Below are positions 10,669 to 20,373 of a stretch of 64,000 nucleotides of DNA, piece by piece. Below the pieces are notes generated by a model that saw only the letters and a list, made by a program, of their open reading frames with translations, had not been told where the DNA came from and searched no databases. Location of the stretch: assembly GCA_963675785.1 (NCBI GenBank), contig OY776562.1, positions 3,008,001 through 3,072,000 of the forward strand. The letters are read 5' to 3'. The position numbers were made by a program, and so were the translations under genes. The stretch is from Anaerolineae bacterium (GTDB lineage: Bacteria; Chloroflexota; Anaerolineae; UBA1429). Numbering within the stretch: position 1 is the stretch's first letter; each line of letters begins with the position of its first letter.

Positions 10669-13252
10669 ATAGGAGAGAAACAGGGTCGATATCAATGCGC
10701 CAACCAAGGGGAAGTTCGATTTGTCTGAGCATGGCACCGGGGTCGAGGGACTGAAGGATAATTTGCCAGCGGTAGCGCCCCCGAATGCGGCTAAAGAATG
10801 CTGGTGCTGGCCCAATAATGCGCGTATCAGCCAATCCCTGCCGTTGCAGCATGGTATTCAGCATGTTGGCCACGCGATTTGTCTCTTCTTCCGCCAGGTC
10901 GTTGTTGGGATTGAGGTAAAGCAGGCGCGCCATGCGGCTGATGGGCGGATACCAGTGCTCTCGGCGAAAGGCGATCTCTGAGGCGTAGAAACCGTCGTAA
11001 TCGTGCTGCGAGGCCGCTTGGATGGCCGGGTGTTCTGGGGTGTATGTCTGGATGATGACCCGTCCGCCGAGAATGCTGCGCCCTGCCCGGCCAGCTACCT
11101 GAGTGAGTAGTTGAAAAGTGCGTTCGTTGGCCCGCAAATCAGGCAGATTGAGCATGGTATCGGCCGTAACCACGCCCACCAGCGTGACTCTCGGTAGGTC
11201 CAATCCCTTGGCAATCATCTGTGTACCCACCATGATGTCGGCCTGACCGTTGATGAACTGATCGAGGATGCGCTCGTGATCCAGCTTGCCGCCAGTGGTA
11301 TCCACATCCCAACGCACCACGCGTACGCCGGGATATTTTTGTTGAACGACTTGTTCTACCTTTTGGGTACCTGTGCCGAAATAACGAATGCGTCGACTGC
11401 CGCACACAGGGCAGGTTTTTGGTGTCGGCTCACTATAGTTGCAATGATGACACAGCAGTACTTCTCGACCAGTGTGATAAGTCAACGGGATCAAGCATTT
11501 TGGGCACTTGACTACATAGCCGCAATCTCGACAGGAGACAAAGCTGGCCGCTCCTCGGCGATTCAAAAAGAGAATGATCTGTTCGTGCTTGTCAAGGGAT
11601 TGCTGAATAGATTGATCCAGTGCACGAGAGAGAATGCTGGTATTGTGCGCCAAAAGCTCAGCACGCATGTCTACTATCTCAACCTCGGGCAGATCGGCAA
11701 AGAGGGCATCCTGAGTATCGGCATCAGCGTTGAAATGGCTTGCTGGTCGGTCGAGATCATGTTCTTGCTCAAGAATAATCAGTCGGTGGCCCATCACGCG
11801 TCGCGGCATGACCAGCCGTTCGAATTCGCCACGTTCCACAGCATAGGCTGATTCCAAAGAGGGTGTGGCGCTGCCCAAGATCAAAGTGGCCCCGTATATG
11901 CGCGTCAGCTCTATGGCTGTCTCTCGCGCGTGATAGCAGGGGGTGCGTTCTTGCTTGTAAGAGGACTCATGCTCTTCATCAATAACGATGAGGCCCAAAT
12001 CCTGAACCGGTGCAAAGAGTGCCGAGCGGGAACCAACGACCAGTTTGAGATCTCCAGAGCGGATCAGGTTCCATTGGTCGTAGCGTTCGCCGGCAGAGAG
12101 TTTGCTGTGCAGTACCGCCAAAGTATCGGCAAAGCGAGCCCCAAAGCGGCGAATGGTCTGCGGCGTAAGGGCAATTTCGGGAACCAGCACAATCGCCGAT
12201 TGACCGCGTTCTAGCACCTGGCGAACAGCACGCATATATATCTCGGTTTTGCCACTTCCGGTGACACCTTGCAGCAACAATGGGCGAGGATGAGGCTCAT
12301 CAAGCCGCGTGGCGATGGTCTGCCAGACTGTGCTTTGGTCGGAGGTGAGTATCGGCTCGGTCAGAGGCACAAAGCGTTTGCCTTGAAGTGGATCACGCCA
12401 CAGGCGTTTTTCATCTGTCTCCAGGGCGCCATTGTCAATCATGCTTTTTACAACACCTGCACTGACCTCACTGGCATCAGCTGCCAGGGCTGCGTCCATC
12501 CAGCGGGGGCCCTGTTTTTCCAGCCACTCGGCCAGGCGCAATTGTGCTTTTGCTCGCGATGAGACATGATCTTGCCAATTGGGAGCCAGATGCACAACTC
12601 GGGTTGTGCGCGGGCGTACAGTGGGTGGCTGTATCTGTTGATGTGTATTGATCAATCCCTTGCGCAAAAGCCTGTCTAGCGTTTGAGATAGACGTGGCAT
12701 GTTAAAGCGCCGTTGAAGCTGCGCTTTCGTCAGAGGCGTATCGGCTTTTTCTAACTCAGCTAACAGAGTGCTTTCGCTTTCATCCAGCGCAAGGCCGTTG
12801 CTCTTGTTGCTGGTCTGATATACCGTAACAACGTTCTGGGTGACGCCGGGAGGCAGTAGGGTATCTATGACGGTGGCCAATGGGGCAATGTAATAGTCGC
12901 TCATCCAGTGGGCTAACTGAATGAGTGGCAATGACATGATCGGTTGCTCGTCAACGATCTGGTCAATGGGACGGGTCTCTGGCACGGGGCTTGCATCGTC
13001 CAAGCCGATGACGACACCCTGAATATAGCGACGGCCAAAAGGAACCCAGACAAGCTGGCCAATCTGGATGCTATCACGCAGTTCTGCGGGAACGTGGTAG
13101 TGAAAAGTGCGATTGCGCTGATCCTCTTGAAAAGCATCTTCATCCTGTAAAGGGTAGCTTTTCTGGGATAGAGGCGTACGAACCAGAACGATCGCGTAGA
13201 GGGTGTCGCTTCCCGTCAAGTTTTGGTAACCAAGGTTTCTATCGGTTATCAC
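10667..13252 (-). CDS. priA: Primosomal protein N' (replication restart helicase)
   Basis: GVTGSGKTE, LVPEIALTPQ, DEEH, four CxxC pairs, GTQMIAKGLD, QVAGRAGR, IDIDP. Confidence 0.96.
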   Translation of the reverse strand: MITDRNLGYQNLTGSDTLYAIVLVRTPLSQKSYPLQDEDAFQEDQRNRTFHYHVPAELRDSIQIGQLVWVPFGRRYIQGVVIGLDDASPVPETRPIDQIVDEQPIMSLPLIQLAHWMSDYYIAPLATVIDTLLPPGVTQNVVTVYQTSNKSNGLALDESESTLLAELEKADTPLTKAQLQRRFNMPRLSQTLDRLLRKGLINTHQQIQPPTVRPRTTRVVHLAPNWQDHVSSRAKAQLRLAEWLEKQGPRWMDAALAADASEVSAGVVKSMIDNGALETDEKRLWRDPLQGKRFVPLTEPILTSDQSTVWQTIATRLDEPHPRPLLLQGVTGSGKTEIYMRAVRQVLERGQSAIVLVPEIALTPQTIRRFGARFADTLAVLHSKLSAGERYDQWNLIRSGDLKLVVGSRSALFAPVQDLGLIVIDEEHESSYKQERTPCYHARETAIELTRIYGATLILGSATPSLESAYAVERGEFERLVMPRRVMGHRLIILEQEHDLDRPASHFNADADTQDALFADLPEVEIVDMRAELLAHNTSILSRALDQSIQQSLDKHEQIILFLNRRGAASFVSCRDCGYVVKCPKCLIPLTYHTGREVLLCHHCNYSEPTPKTCPVCGSRRIRYFGTGTQKVEQVVQQKYPGVRVVRWDVDTTGGKLDHERILDQFINGQADIMVGTQMIAKGLDLPRVTLVGVVTADTMLNLPDLRANERTFQLLTQVAGRAGRSILGGRVIIQTYTPEHPAIQAASQHDYDGFYASEIAFRREHWYPPISRMARLLYLNPNNDLAEEETNRVANMLNTMLQRQGLADTRIIGPAPAFFSRIRGRYRWQIILQSLDPGAMLRQIELPLGWRIDIDPVSLL

Positions 13253-13254
13253 GG

Positions 13255-14109
13255 CTAAATAAAGGCGATGGCGGCATAGCCAACCATAACAGCCGGTTCG
13301 CCAATGGGATCTACTTCGTGGCTTGTTGTATAGTGCAAAAGCTTGCCGCTCGTACTGCCGAGATCACGAGCGCAGGTTACGGCTGCCGCAACGGCCCCTG
13401 CACCGCAAGCGTTGCGATGGGCAGAGGCTTCTGCCAGTATGCTGGCTGTATCCATATTGCGCACAAGGTCGATAAAACGCTGATCGTTTTGATGTGTCCA
13501 GGCTAGTGCTTGATTGCCATAACCCGCGGGGGCAAAGCCATAGGGTGCACCATAGTGGGTTAGGTCGGTAGAAGCGACAACTGCGACGCGGCGTCTTAAC
13601 TTTTTCGAGGCAAGAGCAATAGCAGCACCAATGGCAGGTGCTTGCTCATTCGGTGGTACAGCAATGGGCAAAAGGCGTGTATTGGGCAGGCAATACTGGA
13701 CGAACGGAACCTGAACTTCGATGGCATGTTCACCTTCGTGTGCCCGTGTTGAAGCCATTACAAAACCGTCACTATCTTGCACAAGCGTGGCGGCCAGTTC
13801 GACATCAATCTCAATGGCGCCGAGGGGTGTGCGCCAAGTGCCGTCTGGGTACACACTTGCATGATCCACGCCCCAATGGTGCACAGCTCCGGTAATGACG
13901 ATCGTCTCGGGCTGAGGACCTGCTTTCAGGCCGGCGTAAACATGGGCTGCTGTGGCCCCAGAATAGATCCACCCTGCGTGGGGAACCACACCGCCGTATT
14001 CGATTGGATCTTGTGTGCCGGCATCCTGAAGAAAGGCTGCCAAAGCTTTCCTACATTCATTCGCATTTGCAGGGTAAAACCTGCCTGCTACGACTGGCTG
14101 ACGTTCCAT
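13255..14109 (-). CDS. AmmeMemoRadiSam system protein B (MEMO1 family)
   Basis: RQPVVAGRFYP, PHAGWIYSG, EHAIEVQVPF, STDLTHYG, CG, VGYA. Confidence 0.9.
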   Translation of the reverse strand: MERQPVVAGRFYPANANECRKALAAFLQDAGTQDPIEYGGVVPHAGWIYSGATAAHVYAGLKAGPQPETIVITGAVHHWGVDHASVYPDGTWRTPLGAIEIDVELAATLVQDSDGFVMASTRAHEGEHAIEVQVPFVQYCLPNTRLLPIAVPPNEQAPAIGAAIALASKKLRRRVAVVASTDLTHYGAPYGFAPAGYGNQALAWTHQNDQRFIDLVRNMDTASILAEASAHRNACGAGAVAAAVTCARDLGSTSGKLLHYTTSHEVDPIGEPAVMVGYAAIAFI

Positions 14110-14197
14110 TGCTTTGCACTTTCTCAACTAGTTCATCTTATTCCAGTATATCACCTGCCGCTACACTGACTCAACTGTTTGTGTATAATAAGAGTAT

Positions 14198-14298
14198 CTG
14201 CCTTTACTGGAACATTATTTGGCCAGTAGCCGTGAGCCGTACTTATTGCGGGATCGGCAGGGGGGCAGGAACCGGTTTCATGTCGTCCGCTATGGACA
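14198..14298 (+). promoter_or_regulatory. Structured 5' leader of degV (candidate cis-regulatory RNA)
   Basis: Follows TGTGTATAAT at about 14180-14189. Stems ctgcctt/ggggcag, tactgg/ccagta, gccg/cggc, ccgta/tgcgg and gtcc/ggac. Confidence 0.45.
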
Positions 14299-14320
14299 AT
14301 TTAATCAAAGGAGAATAGCT

Positions 14321-15157
14321 ATGCTCAAGATCGTTGCAGATAGCTGCTGTGATCTGAGTCCTGGTCAGGTTTCGAAATACGGCATAACGATAGTTCCCCT
14401 ATCGGTGCAGCTTGGTTTGAAATCGTATCTCGATAACGGGCAGGATGTTACGCGTGAAATGATCTATGAACATGTCCGCCAGACGGGAGAACTCCCCAAG
14501 ACATCCGCTCCCAGCATCGGCCAGTTTGTTGAGATTTTTAGCGAGCCGGGCGAATATATCTATGTGGGCATTTCGGCACAGTTTTCTTCGTCTCTGCATG
14601 ATGCCCGATTGGCGGCAGAGCACTGCCCCGACAGTAAGGTTTATTTTGTGGATTCAAAAAACCTTTCCACCGGTATTGGCCATGTGGTGTTACGTGCGGC
14701 CGAGCTGCGAGATCAAGGCCTTTCTGCTGCGAAAGTCGTTGAAGAGTTGGAGCAATTTCGCGAACATGTTCACTCGGCCTTTATCATCGATACACTGGAT
14801 TATCTCTACAAGGGTGGGCGTTGCAGTTCTGTGGCCCATCTGATGGGCAGCATGTTACGCATTCGGCCTGTTATTGAGGTAACACCAGAAGGTAAAATGG
14901 ATGTCCGTGAAAAGACCCGCGGGGCGCGCAAGAAGGGACTTGATGCCCTGCTACGTGATTATGAGGAACACTTGGATGAGGTCAATCCTCAGCGGGTATT
15001 TCTTACCCATACGGGTTGCGAAGGAGACGCTGTCTATCTCTGTGAAGAGATCAAAAAACTAAACGCTCCTCAAGAGCTCGTCGTTACAGATGCGGGTTGT
15101 GTTATCACCAGTCATTGTGGCCCGAACACGATTGGCATTTTGTACTGTGTGAATTAA
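14321..15157 (+). CDS. DegV/FakB family fatty-acid-binding protein
   Basis: KIVADSCCDL, PKTSAPS, DSKNLSTG, LDYLYKGGR, SHCGP; SD aaggag. Confidence 0.93.
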   Translation: MLKIVADSCCDLSPGQVSKYGITIVPLSVQLGLKSYLDNGQDVTREMIYEHVRQTGELPKTSAPSIGQFVEIFSEPGEYIYVGISAQFSSSLHDARLAAEHCPDSKVYFVDSKNLSTGIGHVVLRAAELRDQGLSAAKVVEELEQFREHVHSAFIIDTLDYLYKGGRCSSVAHLMGSMLRIRPVIEVTPEGKMDVREKTRGARKKGLDALLRDYEEHLDEVNPQRVFLTHTGCEGDAVYLCEEIKKLNAPQELVVTDAGCVITSHCGPNTIGILYCVN

Positions 15158-15159
15158 CG

Positions 15160-15196
15160 AAAACACCCCGAAGCATTTGCTTCGGGGTGTTTTTTT
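15160..15196. terminator. Bidirectional intrinsic terminator
   Basis: aaaacaccccgaagca / tgcttcggggtgtttt hairpin with A and T runs. Confidence 0.85.
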
Positions 15197-15207
15197 GATT
15201 ATCTAGA

Positions 15208-15840
15208 TTAGATATCAAGACGCTGTCTGGCCGTGCTGCATTTTTCCGCCTTCATAATAGCCAAAACCTGCTCGACGGTTTGATCCAGATCGTTCTGCTC
15301 GTTAACGACCACATAGTCGAATTCCGAAGATCGTTCGATTTCACCAAGGGCATATTGCAGCCTCTTTTCGATCTCTTCGGATGAATCGGACCGGCGATTC
15401 TTTAACCGGAGGATCAAGGTATCGATTGAGGGAGGTGCTAAAAAGATCGAGACAATCCCTGGGAAGCGTTGTTTGACGGTAGCAGCGCCTTGAACATCTA
15501 GGCGCATAATGACGTCCGTGCCGTTTGCGAGGGCCTGGCGTACTCGGGCGCGGGGGACTCCTTTGTACTGGTCGTAAACCATGGCGTGTTCAATGAACTC
15601 GTCGTTGGTGATCATGCGCTCGAACACATCTGTTGAGACAAAATCATAATCGATGCCATCGACTTCGCCAGTGCGGATGGGGCGATTGGTAGTAGTAACG
15701 ACAAAGTAAAAGGGAAAGGCCTTTTGTTTTAGGCGTTGTATGACGGTATCTTTACCCACGCCTGAAGGACCAGAGATGACGACGAGTAGTGGTTGCGGTT
15801 CGAGATAAGGTTTTAACAACTCAAAGGAATCGCACGTCAT
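15208..15840 (-). CDS. gmk: Guanylate kinase
   Basis: SGPSGVGKDT, TTNRPIR.GEVDGIDY, DVQGA, FDYVVVN. Confidence 0.95.
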   Translation of the reverse strand: MTCDSFELLKPYLEPQPLLVVISGPSGVGKDTVIQRLKQKAFPFYFVVTTTNRPIRTGEVDGIDYDFVSTDVFERMITNDEFIEHAMVYDQYKGVPRARVRQALANGTDVIMRLDVQGAATVKQRFPGIVSIFLAPPSIDTLILRLKNRRSDSSEEIEKRLQYALGEIERSSEFDYVVVNEQNDLDQTVEQVLAIMKAEKCSTARQRLDI

Positions 15841-15919
15841 CACAAGGGTTCCACCTTTTGTCACTATAAAGGACTGCGCCAGGCAGAAAAAGCCTGGCGC
15901 TTTTGATTCAGACAAGATA

Positions 15920-16255
15920 TCAGAACTTGATGAGGCGTTCTACGTCCAGCACAAAAATAACAGCGCCACCGACCTGTACTTCGACAGGGTTGGGCATGTA
16001 CATTTCGCCAGGTTCCATCACCGGGGGGAGCGGGTTGACATAGAGCGTACGAGTATGACAGTTTTCTTTGATGATTTCGAGAAGCTCGGCAACCTTGTCC
16101 TCTTCGGTGCCCACCAAAATGGTTGCATTCCCCTCTCGCAGAAATCCTCCGGTGGTGCTGATCTTGGTAGAAGAAAAGCCGCCTTCACGCAGTGCTGTTG
16201 TAAGATCATCTGCGTCATCGCTATGCACGATGCTAATAAGAAGCTTCATTGCCAT
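15920..16255 (-). CDS. darA: PII-like cyclic-di-AMP receptor (DarA/PstA/YaaQ)
   Basis: MKLLISIV..DD, TKISTTGGFLREGNATILVG, VQVGGAVIFVLDV; SD aaggagg. Confidence 0.9.
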   Translation of the reverse strand: MAMKLLISIVHSDDADDLTTALREGGFSSTKISTTGGFLREGNATILVGTEEDKVAELLEIIKENCHTRTLYVNPLPPVMEPGEMYMPNPVEVQVGGAVIFVLDVERLIKF

Positions 16256-16287
16256 GCTTTTATCCTCCTTGCAGATAGCCCCGGCAT

Positions 16288-16935
16288 TCACGCCTCTGCG
16301 CACGGAGCCAGCAGCTGCTTTATTCTCTGTATGATCTGACTTGTAGTATGCCCTATAGATTGCTGGGCGTCCAGTACCAACCAACGTTCTGGATCAGCGT
16401 GAGCCATCTTTAGATACCCTTGCCTAACACGGTTGTGAAAATCAAGGGTCTCCTGGTCGAGGCGATTTAGTTTGTCTTTACCGGCGATCTCATCGGATTT
16501 TTTACGGGCTAGCCCAACACGTACATCCAAATCCAAATAGATGACCAGATCCGGCATGGTCCCGCTCGTAGCAAATTCGGTGATCTGCCACAGAGACTGG
16601 AGATCCAATCCCCGACCATATCCCTGGTAGGCCAAAGTGGATTCGGCAAAACGATCACTGATGACCATGGCGCCTCGTTCGAGTGCCGGCCGGATTATTT
16701 GTTGCACATGTTGAGTTCTGGCGGCCGAATAAAGGAGTACTTCTGCTTCGGGCGTCATCTCGCAATTTTTGGTATCTAACAACACCTGGCGGATCTGTTC
16801 TCCAATGGTTGTGCCGCCCGGTTCACGCGTGAGCACATACTCAACGTCCATTTCGCCCAGATGCCGAGCCAGATTTTCAAGCTGCGTGCTTTTGCCGCTG
16901 CCTTCTGGCCCTTCCAAGGTAATGAATAATCCCAT
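16288..16935 (-). CDS. tmk: Thymidylate kinase
   Basis: FITLEGPEGSGKSTQ, TREPGGT, SDRF, AYQGYGRG. Confidence 0.96.
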   Translation of the reverse strand: MGLFITLEGPEGSGKSTQLENLARHLGEMDVEYVLTREPGGTTIGEQIRQVLLDTKNCEMTPEAEVLLYSAARTQHVQQIIRPALERGAMVISDRFAESTLAYQGYGRGLDLQSLWQITEFATSGTMPDLVIYLDLDVRVGLARKKSDEIAGKDKLNRLDQETLDFHNRVRQGYLKMAHADPERWLVLDAQQSIGHTTSQIIQRIKQLLAPCAEA

Positions 16936-16943
16936 GATATGCC

Positions 16944-18488
16944 TTATTGTCCTGCGTAAACTGTTACACGGCGCCTGGGCTCATTCCCAGAACTATGTGA
17001 TGCGAGTTGCGCTTCGCTGATCATTTCATGCTGGAGCCTGCGGATATAAGCGCTTTGTGGTGAGAGTTGAACGGATTCCACTTTTCCTAGCTGTATATCC
17101 TCAATAGCCTGGCGAACTTCTTTCAGGGCGTCGCCTTCAAGGCTGGCCGTTTTTTGCAAACCAAATATGTCTGACAAATATTTTTCCATCTGCGTGGCCG
17201 TATTGTTTCGCAGCACATAGACGGGCAAGTTTCTTCGTTCTGCATCGGCAATGGCACGCGGACGTTTGCGATAATAGGTACGTAGTGTAAACAATACATC
17301 CGCCTGGCTCAAATCTGTAACGATCACGATGGGTAGCCCAAGTTGTTGGCTCGCCTGCCTGATGCGGTCTTGATTCAGTCCGTATGGAAATATCTTTAAC
17401 GGTTTAGGGTGTCCGCCTCGTTGCTGCCATTCTCGTAACGGCGTAACGTCGGAAAAAGGAATCGTCTCGTCTGCAAATGCGGGTTCAGACTCTGCTTCGT
17501 CCCGGACGGTTTCAATGCCTTTCTCGGTGCGATGGCGGTTTTCGACTGCTACAGGTTTGCCACGAAGCAGGCTATCAATGGATGTAGCCACGTCGGGATG
17601 CACAACGACTTGGTCCCAACTCTGAATCTCGACGACGACATCAAAAGTTGGTGGGGCCTTGCGTTCCAGAATGGTCTTTTGCGTTCCTCTTCGGCGGGCC
17701 TCTTCATCACCCAGCGTGACAGGCTGAATGCCGCCGATTAGATCGCTAAGTGTCGGGTTCATCATCAGGTTGTCGAGCGTGTTGCCATGAGCCGTACCAA
17801 TGAGTTGCACGCCGCGTTCGGCAATGGTACGTGCCGCTGCTGCTTCGCTCTCTGTGCCGATCTCGTCGATGACGATGACTTCAGGCATGTGATTTTCTAC
17901 TGCTTCGATCATCACTTCATGCTGTTTAGAGGGATGCGGCACCTGCATCCGCCGGGCGTTGCCAATTGCCGAATGCGGAATATCGCCGTCGCCGCCGATC
18001 TCATTAGAGGTGTCGACAATGACCACACGCCTTTTTTCGGCCAGCACACGAGCAACTTCTCGGAGCATGGTTGTTTTTCCCACGCCTGGCCGGCCAAGCA
18101 GAAGCACACTTTTACCCTCAAAAATGATATCTTCGATGATATCGATGGTTCCGTAAACGGCTCGGCCGACACGACAGGTCAGGCCGATGATCTTGCCTGT
18201 GCGATTGCGAATAGCTGAAATACGGTGTAGCGTGCGCTCAATACCTGCACGATTGTCATCGCCAAAATTGCCAATGTGATCCACCACGTACTGGATTTCG
18301 TTATCAGTAGCTTCGCGATCGAGAATACGTACATCGCCATCCACATATCGAGCATCACAGGGACGACCTTTGTCGATGACAATTTCGAGCAGATCAGCCA
18401 TACGGTCAGCCTTTTTCAGGCTTGCAGCAATCTCCGGTGGCATGACTGCAATGAGTGCGTCGATATTGTCAGTTATTTCCAAGGGCAT
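16944..18488 (-). CDS. SpoIIIAA/Ycf45-like AAA ATPase with C-terminal R3H domain
   Basis: RAGIERTLHRIS, GRPGVGKT, VDTSNEIGGDGD, AVENHMPEVIVIDEIG; R3H motif RRLQH...S.GNEPRRRV. Confidence 0.88.
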   Translation of the reverse strand: MPLEITDNIDALIAVMPPEIAASLKKADRMADLLEIVIDKGRPCDARYVDGDVRILDREATDNEIQYVVDHIGNFGDDNRAGIERTLHRISAIRNRTGKIIGLTCRVGRAVYGTIDIIEDIIFEGKSVLLLGRPGVGKTTMLREVARVLAEKRRVVIVDTSNEIGGDGDIPHSAIGNARRMQVPHPSKQHEVMIEAVENHMPEVIVIDEIGTESEAAAARTIAERGVQLIGTAHGNTLDNLMMNPTLSDLIGGIQPVTLGDEEARRRGTQKTILERKAPPTFDVVVEIQSWDQVVVHPDVATSIDSLLRGKPVAVENRHRTEKGIETVRDEAESEPAFADETIPFSDVTPLREWQQRGGHPKPLKIFPYGLNQDRIRQASQQLGLPIVIVTDLSQADVLFTLRTYYRKRPRAIADAERRNLPVYVLRNNTATQMEKYLSDIFGLQKTASLEGDALKEVRQAIEDIQLGKVESVQLSPQSAYIRRLQHEMISEAQLASHSSGNEPRRRVTVYAGQ

Positions 18489-19518
18489 ACTCACTCTCTT
18501 TATCTTCTCTGGATCGATCAATGCCTTCTGTGATTATCCGTCGCATTAAAAAAGCTGGTGTACCTGCGTCTCGATACTGTAGGGCAGACGCGGGATTATT
18601 GACAAATGATGGTGCAGAGACTCGCGTGGCTAATTGTTTAACGAGATGACTGTACTCCTGGATCTCGCTAAACCCAAGTTGCCGTAACAGCCAAGAGATG
18701 CCAATCGCATAGTCCGGAACGAGGCAAAAGAGAGGTTTTGTGTTGCTTGGGTGTTCAAGGCTCACAACATAGGCAATATGATCAAGAATATCACCACGCC
18801 GATCGGGCCTCACAAGGACGTAAAGCCAATAGTTGGCTTTGATCCGGGTCAATCGCAGATAGGCATAGGGGCTTTCATCATCTACGGCGACCCATTCCGA
18901 GACGCGCCAGCTCAGTCTATCGAACGGCGTATCTTCGATAGACAGAAAACTCGAAGTTTGAAGTACAGCACGCACACCCGCAGGAACAGAGTGTCGATAA
19001 AGCTCACTCAGCTGCCATCTGCCAGTTAGAACAAAGGTATGGAGATCAGCAGGACGTTTTCTATACGCAAGGGGGCGGTTCAAGGTGAAAAGTTGTTCCG
19101 CACAAGCCCGGCAATAAAGGTTTTGGACGAGAGCCTCTTCTTCGAGCGAGCCTCTGATAGGATGTGCATGAATCTGTTCTACACCGTGGCTTGCTGCTTT
19201 TTGGGCAAGGTGGCGGAGCAGTGCTTGCCAGATTGCTTTGGAATCGCCAGAACCAATCTCTGGTGCGATGGATGTCAGGCTCCAGATTTTTGCTATAGGA
19301 TCACAATGGATTTGAGCATATCCAGAGGCTGCCGCAGCATCATTTTGGTGATATAGCCAGGTCATGGCTACAAGATTGTCTGGTGTAAAGAACCCTTTAA
19401 TCGCCGTTTGAACGGGTTTTTGTCGTTCAAGAAAAGATCGGCGGACGTCGAGATTTACGCTTGATCTTTGTAGCCGATTTAATTGTCGTAAATCACCCAG
19501 ATCAAAGGTTTTTATCAC
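18469..19518 (-). CDS. Hypothetical protein, possibly a degenerate tandem GNAT fold
   Basis: 349 aa; GYAQI...LLRHLAQKAASHGVEQI and WLLRQLGF resemble GNAT motifs; overlaps the next gene. Confidence 0.5.
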   Translation of the reverse strand: MIKTFDLGDLRQLNRLQRSSVNLDVRRSFLERQKPVQTAIKGFFTPDNLVAMTWLYHQNDAAAASGYAQIHCDPIAKIWSLTSIAPEIGSGDSKAIWQALLRHLAQKAASHGVEQIHAHPIRGSLEEEALVQNLYCRACAEQLFTLNRPLAYRKRPADLHTFVLTGRWQLSELYRHSVPAGVRAVLQTSSFLSIEDTPFDRLSWRVSEWVAVDDESPYAYLRLTRIKANYWLYVLVRPDRRGDILDHIAYVVSLEHPSNTKPLFCLVPDYAIGISWLLRQLGFSEIQEYSHLVKQLATRVSAPSFVNNPASALQYRDAGTPAFLMRRIITEGIDRSREDKESEYALGNN

Positions 19519-19626
19519 TCATTCGCCCCAAAAGGAATCGTCAATATTGTGATGACTCGAGCTTTTATACAATTTTACCGATGCACAGGTTACGCTGCAA
19601 GTAGTCATCTATGCAATTGTTGGCGT

Positions 19627-19667
19627 AAAAGCAAGCGGGAAGAGACTTTGCAGCCTCTTCCCGCTTG
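19627..19667 (-). terminator. Intrinsic terminator after the DUF4013 pair
   Basis: caagcgggaagag / ctcttcccgcttg hairpin with a U run on the minus strand. Confidence 0.75.
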
Positions 19668-19686
19668 ATATCTGGATGGAGCAAGA

Positions 19687-20319
19687 CTACATGAGAACGT
19701 CCGCTTCAGTATCCTCGGCAACAAACTGGGCGCCAATGTGTGCGATCATGAGTTGCCCCAGGAATGCGGTAAAGATGACACCGATTAGGCACAGGATTGT
19801 ACCGGCAATAGAGGCTACGATACTGATGGCAAGAGCCATCAATATGGCAACCACATAGTTCCCCAGATTCTTGCTAATCATGCGCCAGGCCTCGGCAAAG
19901 TTAAAAAAGGCGCTGAATTCATCGGTGCGAGCATAGGTGATGATGAGCGCGGGCAGGAATACGGCCAACGCCAAACCATAGATGACGCTAATGCAGCTAA
20001 AACCCATACTGAGAATAGTCACAACATCACTGTTTGTGCTCGCCAGTGCCCCGCCGATGCCACCCAGGATCATGGAGGGGATCGAGTATATCAGCCCAGC
20101 AAGGGTGATATACAGGCCGCGCATAAAATCTCCTCCCCAATCATCCCATTCGGGTAGGGGTGTTTCGGTGCCTTCTAGTATCTGGCGGAAGGTGCGCAAG
20201 GCATATCCCATCGGTATAAAGCTCACAATCGGGACGATCGAGAGTAACCCGCCAATTAGAACCTTGGTGATCCAGTTCTTGTCCTCAAATGCGTATGAAA
20301 ATGAACGTCCGATATCCAC
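19687..20319 (-). CDS. DUF4013 membrane protein (copy 2)
   Basis: MDIGRSFSYAFEDKNWITKVLIGG...LPEWDDWG; multiple TM helices. Confidence 0.85.
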   Translation of the reverse strand: MDIGRSFSYAFEDKNWITKVLIGGLLSIVPIVSFIPMGYALRTFRQILEGTETPLPEWDDWGGDFMRGLYITLAGLIYSIPSMILGGIGGALASTNSDVVTILSMGFSCISVIYGLALAVFLPALIITYARTDEFSAFFNFAEAWRMISKNLGNYVVAILMALAISIVASIAGTILCLIGVIFTAFLGQLMIAHIGAQFVAEDTEADVLM

Positions 20320-20373
20320 AAGTTCCTCCTCGATTAAACCTTGTGCATTACAACTGCCAGTTTAGGGCGTTGA

